Shown here: positions 17,837 through 27,166 of the stretch, piece after piece
How the letters are laid out: each line of letters begins with the position of its first letter
Numbering within the stretch: the stretch's first letter is position 1
NCBI GenBank assembly: GCA_046570105.1
Contig: JBKHVI010000004.1
Span: 1 to 64,000 of the forward strand
Source of the DNA: Bacteriovoracia bacterium
Lineage (GTDB): Bacteria > Bdellovibrionota > Bacteriovoracia > Bacteriovoracales > Bacteriovoracaceae
DNA length: 64,000 bases
Direction of reading: 5' to 3'
The notes under the pieces: model-generated
Databases searched by the model: none
What the model was told of the DNA's origin: nothing
Seen by the model: only the letters and a program-made list of their open reading frames with translations
Translations under genes and position numbers: made by a program

Positions 17837-20761
17837 TCAGTAACCTTTCGCAGTTTTAATGAAGTGATGAATATGTTGCTGGCGAAGTTGATATAAGAGC
17901 ATAAATTGCTCAAACATCTTTAGATCACTCCCTTCCATCTGAATGGTGCAAAACGCTTCACCAGAGTCACTGCCATCCGATTCAAGACAAATGCCGCTTA
18001 CATTAATTCTTTTACTTCTCTTCATATAATCAAACGTAAGTGTCAGCTCAACCAATTCACCAGACTTGAGGCAGTCACCTTCCATATGAACAATCGCTGT
18101 ATTTTCAAAGAAATCATCTAAACGTATGATTCTCTCTACTCCAGGATTTGCCTTACGACGCAAGACAACCTTAATCGTCGCATCTGCATTTACTACAGGT
18201 TTGCCGTCATCAGTTGTTGGTTCTTCATCTGCTAAACTCGGGACTGACTCACGAGCCTTCTTTGCAGCTCTCTCTTTTTTCTCTTTCTGATATTCTTCTG
18301 GCTCATCAAGTTCGTCTTCATCATTTATCGACTTAACCAATCTAGGCGCCGTTCGAGAGATGGGAGCGCCCTTGGCCTTTGGTGCATCGTCAAACCCTTC
18401 AGGGACGACGTCTTCCATTGGATCATCTGCATTGCCTTCGGGCAAAAGATCATCAATGACATGCATCTTTCTTTCACGAACTGAAGCTTGCTTCTTTTCA
18501 CGTTTGGCAACCGCTTCTAACTCTTCTTCAGCGCTACCATCTTCCTCTTCAATTTCTTCAGACTTCTTCTTGGCAACCTTGCCTTTATAATGGCCTGGCC
18601 CCAATTCATCAGTTGCTGATTCTCCATGATATTCATCTTCATCTTCTTCGAAGACATCATTCGTTTTTCTTTCAGCTTTATTTTTCTTCTTACGTGGCTT
18701 ATCTGATTGCTCGTCTTCCTCTTCTTCTTCGATTTCTTCTCGTGAGCTTTTGCCTGAGTAGTGTGCCGAACCTAAGTCATCAGTGCCTTGAGATTTTTTC
18801 TTTTTATCAGCAAGTAACTTCTCAGCTCTCTTAGTGGGAGATGATTCCTCGGAATCCTCTATTTCTTCCTCATCTTCAATAGCTTCTGGACGTTCTTTTG
18901 AGCGAACTTTACCAGATTTCTTTTCTGATTTTTCATTAGAGTAGTGATCTTCACCCAGGTCATCTGTGTGAGACTTACCCTTCATCGCCGATGCTTCTTC
19001 TTCCTCGTATCCTTCCGAGTCTTCAAAAGCGCTCTTACGCACTTTTTTCTTGGCTTTTTTCTCTTCTATTTCTTCAACTTCTTCTTCATCATCCCAGATT
19101 GCTTTAGCTTCTCGCTTCTGAGACTTCTCTTTCTCTGGTTTTTCTTCAACCGCTTCTTTTTTCTTATTTGAATAGTGAGAATCTCCTAGGTCATCAGTAC
19201 TCGATTCCCCGCTATTATGATTCTTCCTTTTTGCGTCGAGAGGATGCACCTTCTTTCTGCCTAGGTGATCCGTCTCTTCAAATTCATCTTGTGCTGCTTC
19301 TTCAGCAGCTTCACGTTTTTTCTTGGCTGCAATCTTGGCTTCATCTTTTTGATTCGACCAATGATTTTCACCTAAGTCGTCCGTTTCAGACTTACCACCA
19401 TAATTAGATTTTCTATCTGATTTTTGATACTCGGTTTTGCCCTTGTACTTATCAGGACCTACGTCATCTGTACCAGCATCTCCGTCCTGATCTCCGAATC
19501 TGTCTGCACCGGCCTTATGAAGCTTATTTTTCTTCTCTCTTTCTGCTTCATGATCGAGCTTCCCATCATAATGAGCCGGCCCCAAATCTTCTGTCTCGCT
19601 CTCACCGTCGTAATGTTTTTTGAGACGATCAGCCTTTGCATCAATTTTTTTGGCTTCTTCTGGTGTATCAGGTAACTCCTGCTTCACCTTGCCGTCGTAA
19701 TGAGTTTTAATTTTGTCTGCGCCGTCGATTTGTTGTTCGAGAAGACCATCGCCGGCTTTTTCATCATCCTCAATTTCAGTTTTGCTGTTATCGAGCATGC
19801 CTTTTTTGACAAGTACTTCTTGGTCAAAAGTTTCAATAATTAGCTTTTCACGAGATAGAGCGTAATTAGAGTTCTTGCTCACTTCAACAGACTGCGGATT
19901 TGCTCTAAAGCGAATGATCGTTTCGTCGTCTTCTTGGTAATAGAGCTGGAATTTCTGGCCGGAGATCAACCAAAGATTTTCTTTCCAAACGAAATCCGGT
20001 TTTTGATCACCACTGAAATACCAATGACCATCGGCCATATGAAAGCTTTCGCGGGCGCCTTCTTTAAAAACAAACTGCCAAACACCTCGTTGTCCTTGGA
20101 CTTCAGTCCATTGAGCAACAAAAGGGCTGGGGCCCATGATTTTAATCATCCACCGATTAAGAACTTTTTTAACATCACTTTGGGCTTTGTTTATCCACAT
20201 ATCATCGACATGTTTCAAAGGCTCAGTCCAAACGATGGGCTTAACTTCGGCTGCTTTCGCTTCCGCTGCTGCTTTTTGTTGCTTAGCTTCAGCGGCGGCT
20301 TTTTCTTTTACATTTAAATTCTGACTCTCATGAGTTTTGTTGACACCAATGGATAGCGCTTTCTTCCAGAAATCCATTTTGAATTTCAGGGCTTTTGACT
20401 TCATGCTCGGATCCATGACCTCCTGGCACCCGAGTTTCATTAAAGCAGTCTCTACTTGCTTATTATTCAAGTAATTCACGACAGAAACTTTCATGTTTCC
20501 ATCTTTTAGGAGTCTACGTTGAGTTTTTAAAAACGAGAGGACTTGTGCGAGATCTTCTTTGGTTACAACTGAAGCAATAACGAGCGTTGCTGGGCTTGTA
20601 GTGATTACTTGAACTACTTCTTTGTCATTTCCAACGTCATAGATATCTCCAAAATCTTTGGAGTATCTGTCGACGATCTCTTCAAGAGGAGCCCAGTCCT
20701 TTTTGAAAAGATATTTTACGAGAACAATTTCGCTCATTTTTAAAGCTTTGTTAGTTGACAC
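17837..20761 (-). CDS. 974-aa protein: degenerate receiver-like N-terminus, Trp-rich domain, acidic TDDLG repeat region, C-terminal beta (PilZ-like?) domain
   Basis: Long ORF; about 7 GxSxTDDLGxxHY repeats; stop codons abut the next starts in the 3-gene operon. Confidence 0.75.
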   Translation of the reverse strand: MSTNKALKMSEIVLVKYLFKKDWAPLEEIVDRYSKDFGDIYDVGNDKEVVQVITTSPATLVIASVVTKEDLAQVLSFLKTQRRLLKDGNMKVSVVNYLNNKQVETALMKLGCQEVMDPSMKSKALKFKMDFWKKALSIGVNKTHESQNLNVKEKAAAEAKQQKAAAEAKAAEVKPIVWTEPLKHVDDMWINKAQSDVKKVLNRWMIKIMGPSPFVAQWTEVQGQRGVWQFVFKEGARESFHMADGHWYFSGDQKPDFVWKENLWLISGQKFQLYYQEDDETIIRFRANPQSVEVSKNSNYALSREKLIIETFDQEVLVKKGMLDNSKTEIEDDEKAGDGLLEQQIDGADKIKTHYDGKVKQELPDTPEEAKKIDAKADRLKKHYDGESETEDLGPAHYDGKLDHEAEREKKNKLHKAGADRFGDQDGDAGTDDVGPDKYKGKTEYQKSDRKSNYGGKSETDDLGENHWSNQKDEAKIAAKKKREAAEEAAQDEFEETDHLGRKKVHPLDAKRKNHNSGESSTDDLGDSHYSNKKKEAVEEKPEKEKSQKREAKAIWDDEEEVEEIEEKKAKKKVRKSAFEDSEGYEEEEASAMKGKSHTDDLGEDHYSNEKSEKKSGKVRSKERPEAIEDEEEIEDSEESSPTKRAEKLLADKKKKSQGTDDLGSAHYSGKSSREEIEEEEEDEQSDKPRKKKNKAERKTNDVFEEDEDEYHGESATDELGPGHYKGKVAKKKSEEIEEEDGSAEEELEAVAKREKKQASVRERKMHVIDDLLPEGNADDPMEDVVPEGFDDAPKAKGAPISRTAPRLVKSINDEDELDEPEEYQKEKKERAAKKARESVPSLADEEPTTDDGKPVVNADATIKVVLRRKANPGVERIIRLDDFFENTAIVHMEGDCLKSGELVELTLTFDYMKRSKRINVSGICLESDGSDSGEAFCTIQMEGSDLKMFEQFMLLYQLRQQHIHHFIKTAKGY

Positions 20762-20876
20762 GTATTCTCTCTTCGAACTTTATTAAGTTCTACTTAATCG
20801 AAACCTCGAGTTGTTTTCCGTATCGGTAAAACTTTCTTTGAAGTATCCTGAAGAAAACTTAAATTGCGCATTTATT

Positions 20877-22274
20877 ATGGATGAGACTGAAAATCCCGAC
20901 GAAGACAATCAAGAAATCCTCCAAAGCCTAGATGAATCTGGGCAAACAGAAGAATTGGTTGAAATGTTCGAGGAGTTACCAACTCCCGATGTCGTCGAAT
21001 TTCTTGAAGAAAAGCCCATTGAAGAGATCATGACCTACCTGACTGAACTCGAACCCGAGGATCAGGGACGAATTTTCTCGGATTTTAGCCCAGACCTCCA
21101 GATTAAACTCAATCGCACGCTTGATCGCAAACTGATGGCAAATATTTTCCGCCATATGTACTCGGATATTCGCGCTGATCTTTATCAGCAAATGACTAAA
21201 GACGAGCAAATAACACTCATTCCCTATCTAGATAAGAAAGTAAGAGAAGACGTCATTTTACTCTCTGCTTATCCGCCAGAAACGGCGGGCGGAATTATGA
21301 ATACGGATTTCGCGACCGTATTCGAGGGCATGAGTGTCGCACAAGCCATGGCTAAAATCCGTCACGATGCTCCTTCGAAGGACATGGTGATTTATATTTA
21401 TGTTGTCGATGATGTAATGGTCATGAAGGGTTTCGTCACTCTTAAGGATTTAGTTTTAGCAGATCCAAATGTAAAAGTAGCAGAACTCCTCAATGAATTT
21501 TTCGTTTCTGCTGAAGTTAATGAAGACCGTGAATCAGTAGCACAAAAAATTGAAAAGTATGATCTTGCAGCCATCCCTGTTCTCAACTCTCTTCAACAAC
21601 TCGTCGGTATCGTCGGTCATGATGATGCGATTCAAGTTATTCGCGCTGAACAAACAGAAGATCTTGAGCGACTCGCAGGGGTTATGCCTTCTTTTGAAGG
21701 CGAAGATTACATGCAAACCTCTACACTTCGTCATTTTAGAAAGCGCGTGGTTTGGCTCGTAGGCCTTGCAGCTATGGGTATCTTGTCTGGCATGATCATT
21801 AACGAGTACCAAAATGTTCTTGAGCAATTTATTATTCTTGCGATGTATATGCCCATGATGGCAGCTACCGGTGGTAACACAGGAACTCAGGCAGCCACTG
21901 TTATTATTCGCGCACTCTCGCTTGGACATGTGAGTGACACGGATTGGCTCAAAATTGTATTTAAAGAAATCAGAATTTCAGCCATGTTATCAATTTGTGT
22001 CGCATTACTTACTTATCTAAAAATTGTTTTCCTAAGTTTCCACGGTCTTCTTCCTGATGGCTTCACCATGTCCTTTGTGGGGCTCACCATCTCTTTTGCA
22101 ATCGCTATTCAAGTCGTTTCAAGTGCTGTCATTGGAGCTGGACTTCCCCTGATTGTAAGACGTTTGGACGGTGATCCAGCCGTCGTAGCTAGTCCGGCCA
22201 TTAGCACAATCGTCGATATCACCGGGCTGCTTATTTATTTCTCTGTGGCCTCATCTATGCTTGGCATCACTTGA
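20877..22274 (+). CDS. mgtE: Magnesium transporter MgtE
   Basis: TAGGIM, CBS pair, R..WL, GGNTGTQA, DPAVVASP.ISTIVD; start moved to ATG 20877. Confidence 0.95.
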   Translation: MDETENPDEDNQEILQSLDESGQTEELVEMFEELPTPDVVEFLEEKPIEEIMTYLTELEPEDQGRIFSDFSPDLQIKLNRTLDRKLMANIFRHMYSDIRADLYQQMTKDEQITLIPYLDKKVREDVILLSAYPPETAGGIMNTDFATVFEGMSVAQAMAKIRHDAPSKDMVIYIYVVDDVMVMKGFVTLKDLVLADPNVKVAELLNEFFVSAEVNEDRESVAQKIEKYDLAAIPVLNSLQQLVGIVGHDDAIQVIRAEQTEDLERLAGVMPSFEGEDYMQTSTLRHFRKRVVWLVGLAAMGILSGMIINEYQNVLEQFIILAMYMPMMAATGGNTGTQAATVIIRALSLGHVSDTDWLKIVFKEIRISAMLSICVALLTYLKIVFLSFHGLLPDGFTMSFVGLTISFAIAIQVVSSAVIGAGLPLIVRRLDGDPAVVASPAISTIVDITGLLIYFSVASSMLGIT

Positions 22275-22305
22275 TGCCGAGATCGGTTTAAGGTATCTTG
22301 GCGAG

Positions 22306-23679
22306 ATGAAAACAGTTGTATTATGCGGTGGTTCAGGCACACGCCTCTGGCCCCTTTCTCGCACTCTCTACCCCAAACAGTTCTACCCACTATTCGAGGG
22401 CCATTCGTTATTTCAACGAACCATCGAAAGAAATGCTCCTCACACGGATGAGTTTTTAATTATTGTGAATCAAGAGCAATTCTTTATGGCGGAAGATCAA
22501 TATCGCGCCTTAAAGCTCACTCAACCAGCGCGCTTTATCCTAGAGCCTGAAGGTCGCAATACGGCGCCAGCCATTGCTCTCGCAGCACTTGCAGCTAATG
22601 CTCAAGACGAACTTCTAGTTGTTCCTTCTGATCATCTCATTCAAAACACCAAAGCTTACCAAGACTACGTAAAATCGGCGAAGGCCTTTGCCAAAACTGG
22701 CGCACTCGTTACTTTTGGTATCAAGCCCACTCATGCTGAAACGGGATTTGGTTATATCGAAGCTCAGGGTGACACCGTTGCAAGTTTTCGCGAAAAGCCT
22801 GATGCTGCTACCGCTGAAAGCTATCTTAAAAGTGGAAAGCACTTCTGGAATTCGGGCATGTTCTGCTTTCAAGCTCAAACCTATTTGAGTGCTCTCGAAC
22901 AGCATTCTAACGCTCTTTTTGTGGCATCGGTTGCCGCTTGGAAAGGTACACCACAAACAGCACCGTTCCGCATTCCCCTCGATTTAATGAAAGCTATTCC
23001 ATCAGATTCTATCGACTACGCTGTAATGGAAAAAGCCAGCGGGATCAAAGTCGTGCCAAGTGATATGGGCTGGAGTGATTTAGGTTCATTTGATGCACTC
23101 TATGAATCACTGCCGCTCGATGCTGATAAAAACGCCATCGATCCCCAAACGATGCATTTCAATTCTCACCGAAACTTAGTTGTTTCGGGAAAGAGACTTG
23201 TCGCCACTGTTGACGTTGATGATTTAGTCATCGTGGATACTCCAGATGCGCTCTTGGTGACAAAGCGAGGCTCTTCTCAAAAAGTAAAAGATGTCGTCGC
23301 TGCTCTTAAACAGAAAAAAAGTGAACTCACACATCTCCATACGACAGCTCACCGCCCTTGGGGCTCGTACACCATCCTAGAAGATGCTGCGAATTTCAAA
23401 GTGAAACGCATTGTCGTCAAGCCGGGGGCCCGTCTCTCATTACAAAAGCATGCACATCGCAGTGAACATTGGATTGTGGTCAACGGTAAAGCCTACGTGA
23501 CTGTCGGTGAAAAAACATTCCCACTCGAGCGTAACGAATCGACCTATATTCCAATCGGTGAAGTTCATCGCCTGGAGAATCGTGAAAAAGACGATCTCAT
23601 TTTGATCGAAGCCCAAGTTGGAAGCTATCTTGGTGAAGATGACATTGTGCGTCTCGTGGATGACTATAAGCGAGTATAA
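22306..23679 (+). CDS. manC: Mannose-1-phosphate guanylyltransferase/mannose-6-phosphate isomerase
   Basis: CGGSGTRLWPLSR..PKQF, EPEGRNTAPA, WNSGMF, SIDYAVMEK, cupin RPWG..SLQKH.HRSEHW. Confidence 0.95.
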   Translation: MKTVVLCGGSGTRLWPLSRTLYPKQFYPLFEGHSLFQRTIERNAPHTDEFLIIVNQEQFFMAEDQYRALKLTQPARFILEPEGRNTAPAIALAALAANAQDELLVVPSDHLIQNTKAYQDYVKSAKAFAKTGALVTFGIKPTHAETGFGYIEAQGDTVASFREKPDAATAESYLKSGKHFWNSGMFCFQAQTYLSALEQHSNALFVASVAAWKGTPQTAPFRIPLDLMKAIPSDSIDYAVMEKASGIKVVPSDMGWSDLGSFDALYESLPLDADKNAIDPQTMHFNSHRNLVVSGKRLVATVDVDDLVIVDTPDALLVTKRGSSQKVKDVVAALKQKKSELTHLHTTAHRPWGSYTILEDAANFKVKRIVVKPGARLSLQKHAHRSEHWIVVNGKAYVTVGEKTFPLERNESTYIPIGEVHRLENREKDDLILIEAQVGSYLGEDDIVRLVDDYKRV

Positions 23680-23787
23680 TCCAAGCCTTTGATTTCCCAT
23701 TTGGTTAAAAGCTCTTCATGAGTGGCCACTCGACAACAAACCCTGGCCTTAGGTAAGTTCAAGAAAACCACTTATCTGAAGAGAATT

Positions 23788-23853
23788 ATGTTTAAGTCAC
23801 TCTTGATCTTGATTGTATTTTGCTACGTCCTCTCTTCTGTTGCCCAATTTTAA
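23788..23853 (+). CDS. 21-aa hydrophobic, signal-peptide-like ORF (MFKSLLILIVFCYVLSSVAQF)
   Basis: GAAGAG upstream; in frame with and directly abutting the next CDS. Confidence 0.35.
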   Translation: MFKSLLILIVFCYVLSSVAQF

Positions 23854-24642
23854 GTGATGGATGCAGTCACAACTTTAAAAAAGCATCTCCGCGATTTTCG
23901 AGCACTTCTCTCAATTCCCGAAACAAAAATTTATTCACCCAAACGTATTCTTCCAAAGAATTATGTTTTGATAGTATCTCCTCATCCTGATGATGAAATA
24001 TTGATGGGCGCATTGGCCCTCAGACTACAAAGTGAAAATAAGCTAAAAGTGGTTAATGTCGCCGTCACACTAGGCAGCTCAAAAGAGAGACATAAATCAC
24101 GCAATCTCGAGCTAAAGCAAGCGACTACTTTTCTAAAATGGCAGAACATTCTGCTGCCAAATGAATGGCCTAAAAAGAAAACCAAACTTCAACAGTTGAT
24201 AAAAAAATATCAACCAAGTTTAATTATTGCTCCCCATGCACTTGATCGTCATCCAACTCACGAACGTTCATCACACCTGCTTAAATCGGCTTTGTCTCAT
24301 TATTCTGGATTTGTGGCATGGGCGGAATATTGGTCACCTCAGACAGAACCAAATCTTCTCGTTGAAATTGATGATAAAACACATCTTAAACAAGTAAAGA
24401 GTCTTCAGTTTCACAAGGGGGAGATCGAAAGAAACCCTTATCATTTACGACTTCTCGGTTGGCAAATGGATAGCGTGAGACGAGGCAGTGAATGGCTTAA
24501 CCATAAAGGGTCTTCATCTGTTCCGATGTTGGCCGGACAATTATATCGGCTAGAGAAATTCGTTAATGGGAGATTGGTTGCAAAAGATGATCCCCATTTT
24601 GCCTATACCCACTCTGATTTAACTGATTGGCTTTTTGAGTAA
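23854..24642 (+). CDS. PIG-L/LmbE family N-acetyl-sugar deacetylase
   Basis: SPHPDDE and D.HPTH metal-binding motifs. Confidence 0.88.
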   Translation: MMDAVTTLKKHLRDFRALLSIPETKIYSPKRILPKNYVLIVSPHPDDEILMGALALRLQSENKLKVVNVAVTLGSSKERHKSRNLELKQATTFLKWQNILLPNEWPKKKTKLQQLIKKYQPSLIIAPHALDRHPTHERSSHLLKSALSHYSGFVAWAEYWSPQTEPNLLVEIDDKTHLKQVKSLQFHKGEIERNPYHLRLLGWQMDSVRRGSEWLNHKGSSSVPMLAGQLYRLEKFVNGRLVAKDDPHFAYTHSDLTDWLFE

Positions 24643-25341
24643 GCTAGCTGCTTCTGTATCAATAAAAATCTTAAGCCCTTTGTGATCTCTTAATAAACTT
24701 GCGGGAACATCCGTGGTGCGAGGTCCTTCCAATACATCTTTCAAAATTTTTGCTTTAGATAGACCTGTGACTATTAACCAAAGTTCTTGCGCCTCATATA
24801 GTGTTCCTAATCCAAGCGTGAGCGCATGCTTAGGAACATCCTCAAGAGAATTAAAAAAGGATTGATTAGAGAGTCTCGTTTTTTCAGCGATTTCCACAAT
24901 ACGTGTTCTACTTTCGATAGTTGAGCCTGGTTCATTGAGTCCCAAATGACCGTTAAGCCCGAGGCCAAGTAACTGGACATGCAATCCACCTAAAGACATC
25001 ACTTGGCTTTCATAATCTTGGGCTGCCTCGTTAGCAGGCATGGCCTCAAGCTTAGGGAGATGAATCTGTTTTGGTAAAAATCCTAATGGGCCAAAAACTC
25101 GCGATTGCAGATAATAACGATACGAGCGTGAATCATCAGCGGCCAGCCCTACATATTCATCAAGCATAGAGGCCTGTGCTTTGATTTCAAACGGTGCGAG
25201 CTGCTGGAGCGCTTGATAGACCGGATCCATGGTTCGTCCGGTTGCAAAGCCAATCAGGCCGATCTCCTGCAATTTCGCTGCAAGCCTCTGGGCGACTTCA
25301 GTAACCAGATCGTTTACATTGGAAAATTGGATAACCTGCAA
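24619..25341 (-). CDS. nagB: Glucosamine-6-phosphate deaminase
   Basis: GFATGRT, LDEYVGL, LGLG.NGHLG.NEP, G..KA, VPAS.L..H. Confidence 0.93.
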   Translation of the reverse strand: MQVIQFSNVNDLVTEVAQRLAAKLQEIGLIGFATGRTMDPVYQALQQLAPFEIKAQASMLDEYVGLAADDSRSYRYYLQSRVFGPLGFLPKQIHLPKLEAMPANEAAQDYESQVMSLGGLHVQLLGLGLNGHLGLNEPGSTIESRTRIVEIAEKTRLSNQSFFNSLEDVPKHALTLGLGTLYEAQELWLIVTGLSKAKILKDVLEGPRTTDVPASLLRDHKGLKIFIDTEAASLLKKPIS

Positions 25342-25360
25342 GCAGTGGCCCCCTGTAAAA

Positions 25361-25397
25361 AATTCGGATTCCGAATTCGGAATTTGATTTCCGAATA
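25361..25397. promoter_or_regulatory. Cluster of overlapping TTCGGA/TCCGAA inverted repeats in a divergent promoter region
   Basis: aattcgga-t-tccgaatt, the 16-bp palindrome attccgaattcggaat, and ttcggaa-N6-ttccgaa. Confidence 0.5.
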
Positions 25398-25418
25398 ATT
25401 AGCCCTTATTTATAGGGC

Positions 25419-26762
25419 ATGAAACCCACTCTTCGAATCCTTATAGTAGAGGATGATAAGTACTTTCTGCTGCAACTTAAAGAGATTCTCGCTCCCTTTG
25501 GTACGATTGAAGCAGCGATGTCCTGGCCAGAAGCTCAACCCCTGCTAAAAGACAATGTGTACGACTTAATTGTGACTGACCTTCATTTACCAGATGGTCC
25601 ACAGGGTCTCTTGGTATTAGAAATGGCACGCAAGCAGAACGCCATGAGACTCATGTTGACCAGCAGCTCTGATGAGGAATTGATATCAAAAGCCTATCAA
25701 CTAGGTGCTCAGCATGTGCTTACCAAATCCCAAGTTGCTCAGAACCTACCAGCATTTATTCGTAGCTTACTGGCACAGAAAGACCTTCAGCGCCTTAATC
25801 AATTTTTTAATGACCGCTTCCCTACGAAAAATCCCATTTTACAACAAGATATTACGCGATTACTGACTTCCCCGTGGCAAGGCCGAAGCCTAATCATTAC
25901 GGGCCCAACCGGAACTGGAAAAAGCGTCTTAGGTAAACTCTTAGCCGAGAATCTGATGGGTGCAGATGCGCCCTTTATTCATCTCAACTGCAGTGAAATC
26001 CCAGACAATCTTCTAGAAAGTGAGCTCTTTGGTCATGAGAAAGGTTCTTTCACAGGAGCAGACTCAAAGAAGATAGGCAAATTGAAGGCGGCTGACGGAG
26101 GCGTACTTTTTTTAGATGAAGTCGGAACCATGTCCACGTCGATGCAGCAAAAACTTCTTAAGGCCATTGAGGAGCGAACTTTCTACCCCGTGGGAAGCAC
26201 GAAGGCCGAGAAGAGTTCATTCACACTCATTACTGCAACTTGCGAAGACCTTCAGCTTAAAATCCGGCAAGGAGTATTCAGAGAAGATTTGTACTTTCGT
26301 CTCTCTGGACTCCAACTTGCACTTCCATCCCTTCGCGAAAGGAGTGAGGACATTGAAAACCTCATTCGATTTTTCCAGCAACAATCTCCACGAAGATATG
26401 TTCTAACCCCAGAGGCGATATCACTTCTTAAATTACACACATGGCCCGGCAATCTTCGCGAACTCAGACAAACACTTTTAAGTCTTGCGGATATTGGTGC
26501 AGGTGTTGTTACCGATGAGAACATAAAAGCTATTTTAGCTGTAAATCCATCTGCTTCTGAAAATACTGGTCTCATAAATGCTGAAATACGCGCTTATGTT
26601 AAAGCACATGGTTTGCGGGCCTATTTCCAACAAGTCGAAAAAGAAATCGCTCAAGAGGCCCTTCTGCGACATGGCGGTCGGATTACTTCCTGTATTAAAG
26701 AACTTAAAATCTCTAGTTCCGCTTTCTATCGAATTTTACAAGAAAACCAACTTAACCAATAG
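25419..26762 (+). CDS. Sigma54-dependent response regulator (receiver-AAA+-HTH, NtrC-like)
   Basis: VEDD..TD receiver; GPTGTGKS Walker A; ESELFGHEKGSFTGA; LFLDE; FREDLYFRL; WPGNLREL; C-terminal HTH. Confidence 0.93.
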   Translation: MKPTLRILIVEDDKYFLLQLKEILAPFGTIEAAMSWPEAQPLLKDNVYDLIVTDLHLPDGPQGLLVLEMARKQNAMRLMLTSSSDEELISKAYQLGAQHVLTKSQVAQNLPAFIRSLLAQKDLQRLNQFFNDRFPTKNPILQQDITRLLTSPWQGRSLIITGPTGTGKSVLGKLLAENLMGADAPFIHLNCSEIPDNLLESELFGHEKGSFTGADSKKIGKLKAADGGVLFLDEVGTMSTSMQQKLLKAIEERTFYPVGSTKAEKSSFTLITATCEDLQLKIRQGVFREDLYFRLSGLQLALPSLRERSEDIENLIRFFQQQSPRRYVLTPEAISLLKLHTWPGNLRELRQTLLSLADIGAGVVTDENIKAILAVNPSASENTGLINAEIRAYVKAHGLRAYFQQVEKEIAQEALLRHGGRITSCIKELKISSSAFYRILQENQLNQ

Positions 26763-26763
26763 T

Positions 26764-26779
26764 TGGCACGGCCTTTGCT
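26764..26779 (+). promoter_or_regulatory. Sigma54 -24/-12 promoter
   Basis: TGGCACG-gcct-TTGCT, an exact consensus match, 31 nt before ATG 26811 with AAGGAG SD. Confidence 0.85.
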
Positions 26780-26810
26780 CTAGGGACATCACCAACAAGG
26801 AGATGTCCCC

Positions 26811-27158
26811 ATGTCACTTCAAACCAAGATACTTAATGATTTTCGCCAACGCTTTCCTACAGAGACTCTAAGAGAGATCGCCGCCCTCACTGATATCCAG
26901 CTCACAAGAGTATTCCGTTTAATGAATGGTGCTCCAATGAAGCTAGAAGAATATGAGGCATTTACCATTGCACTCCAGAAAAATACCCCAAAACATGCCT
27001 CTCAACACCATCTTGATCGTTTGGTAGCTGAAGTTAAAAGCCGCTTTTCTGTAGAAGAACAAAAGAAGCTGGCTCACGCGATTGAGCTCAAGCTTCAATG
27101 GCATTCGATCGTGATTGGAGACACAACTGAAAATATCTTCAACCTACACAGCGCCTAG
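26811..27158 (+). CDS. Cro/XRE-like HTH protein
   Basis: TLREIAALTDIQLTRVFRLMNG HTH pattern. Confidence 0.7.
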   Translation: MSLQTKILNDFRQRFPTETLREIAALTDIQLTRVFRLMNGAPMKLEEYEAFTIALQKNTPKHASQHHLDRLVAEVKSRFSVEEQKKLAHAIELKLQWHSIVIGDTTENIFNLHSA

Positions 27159-27166
27159 GAGCCTTT

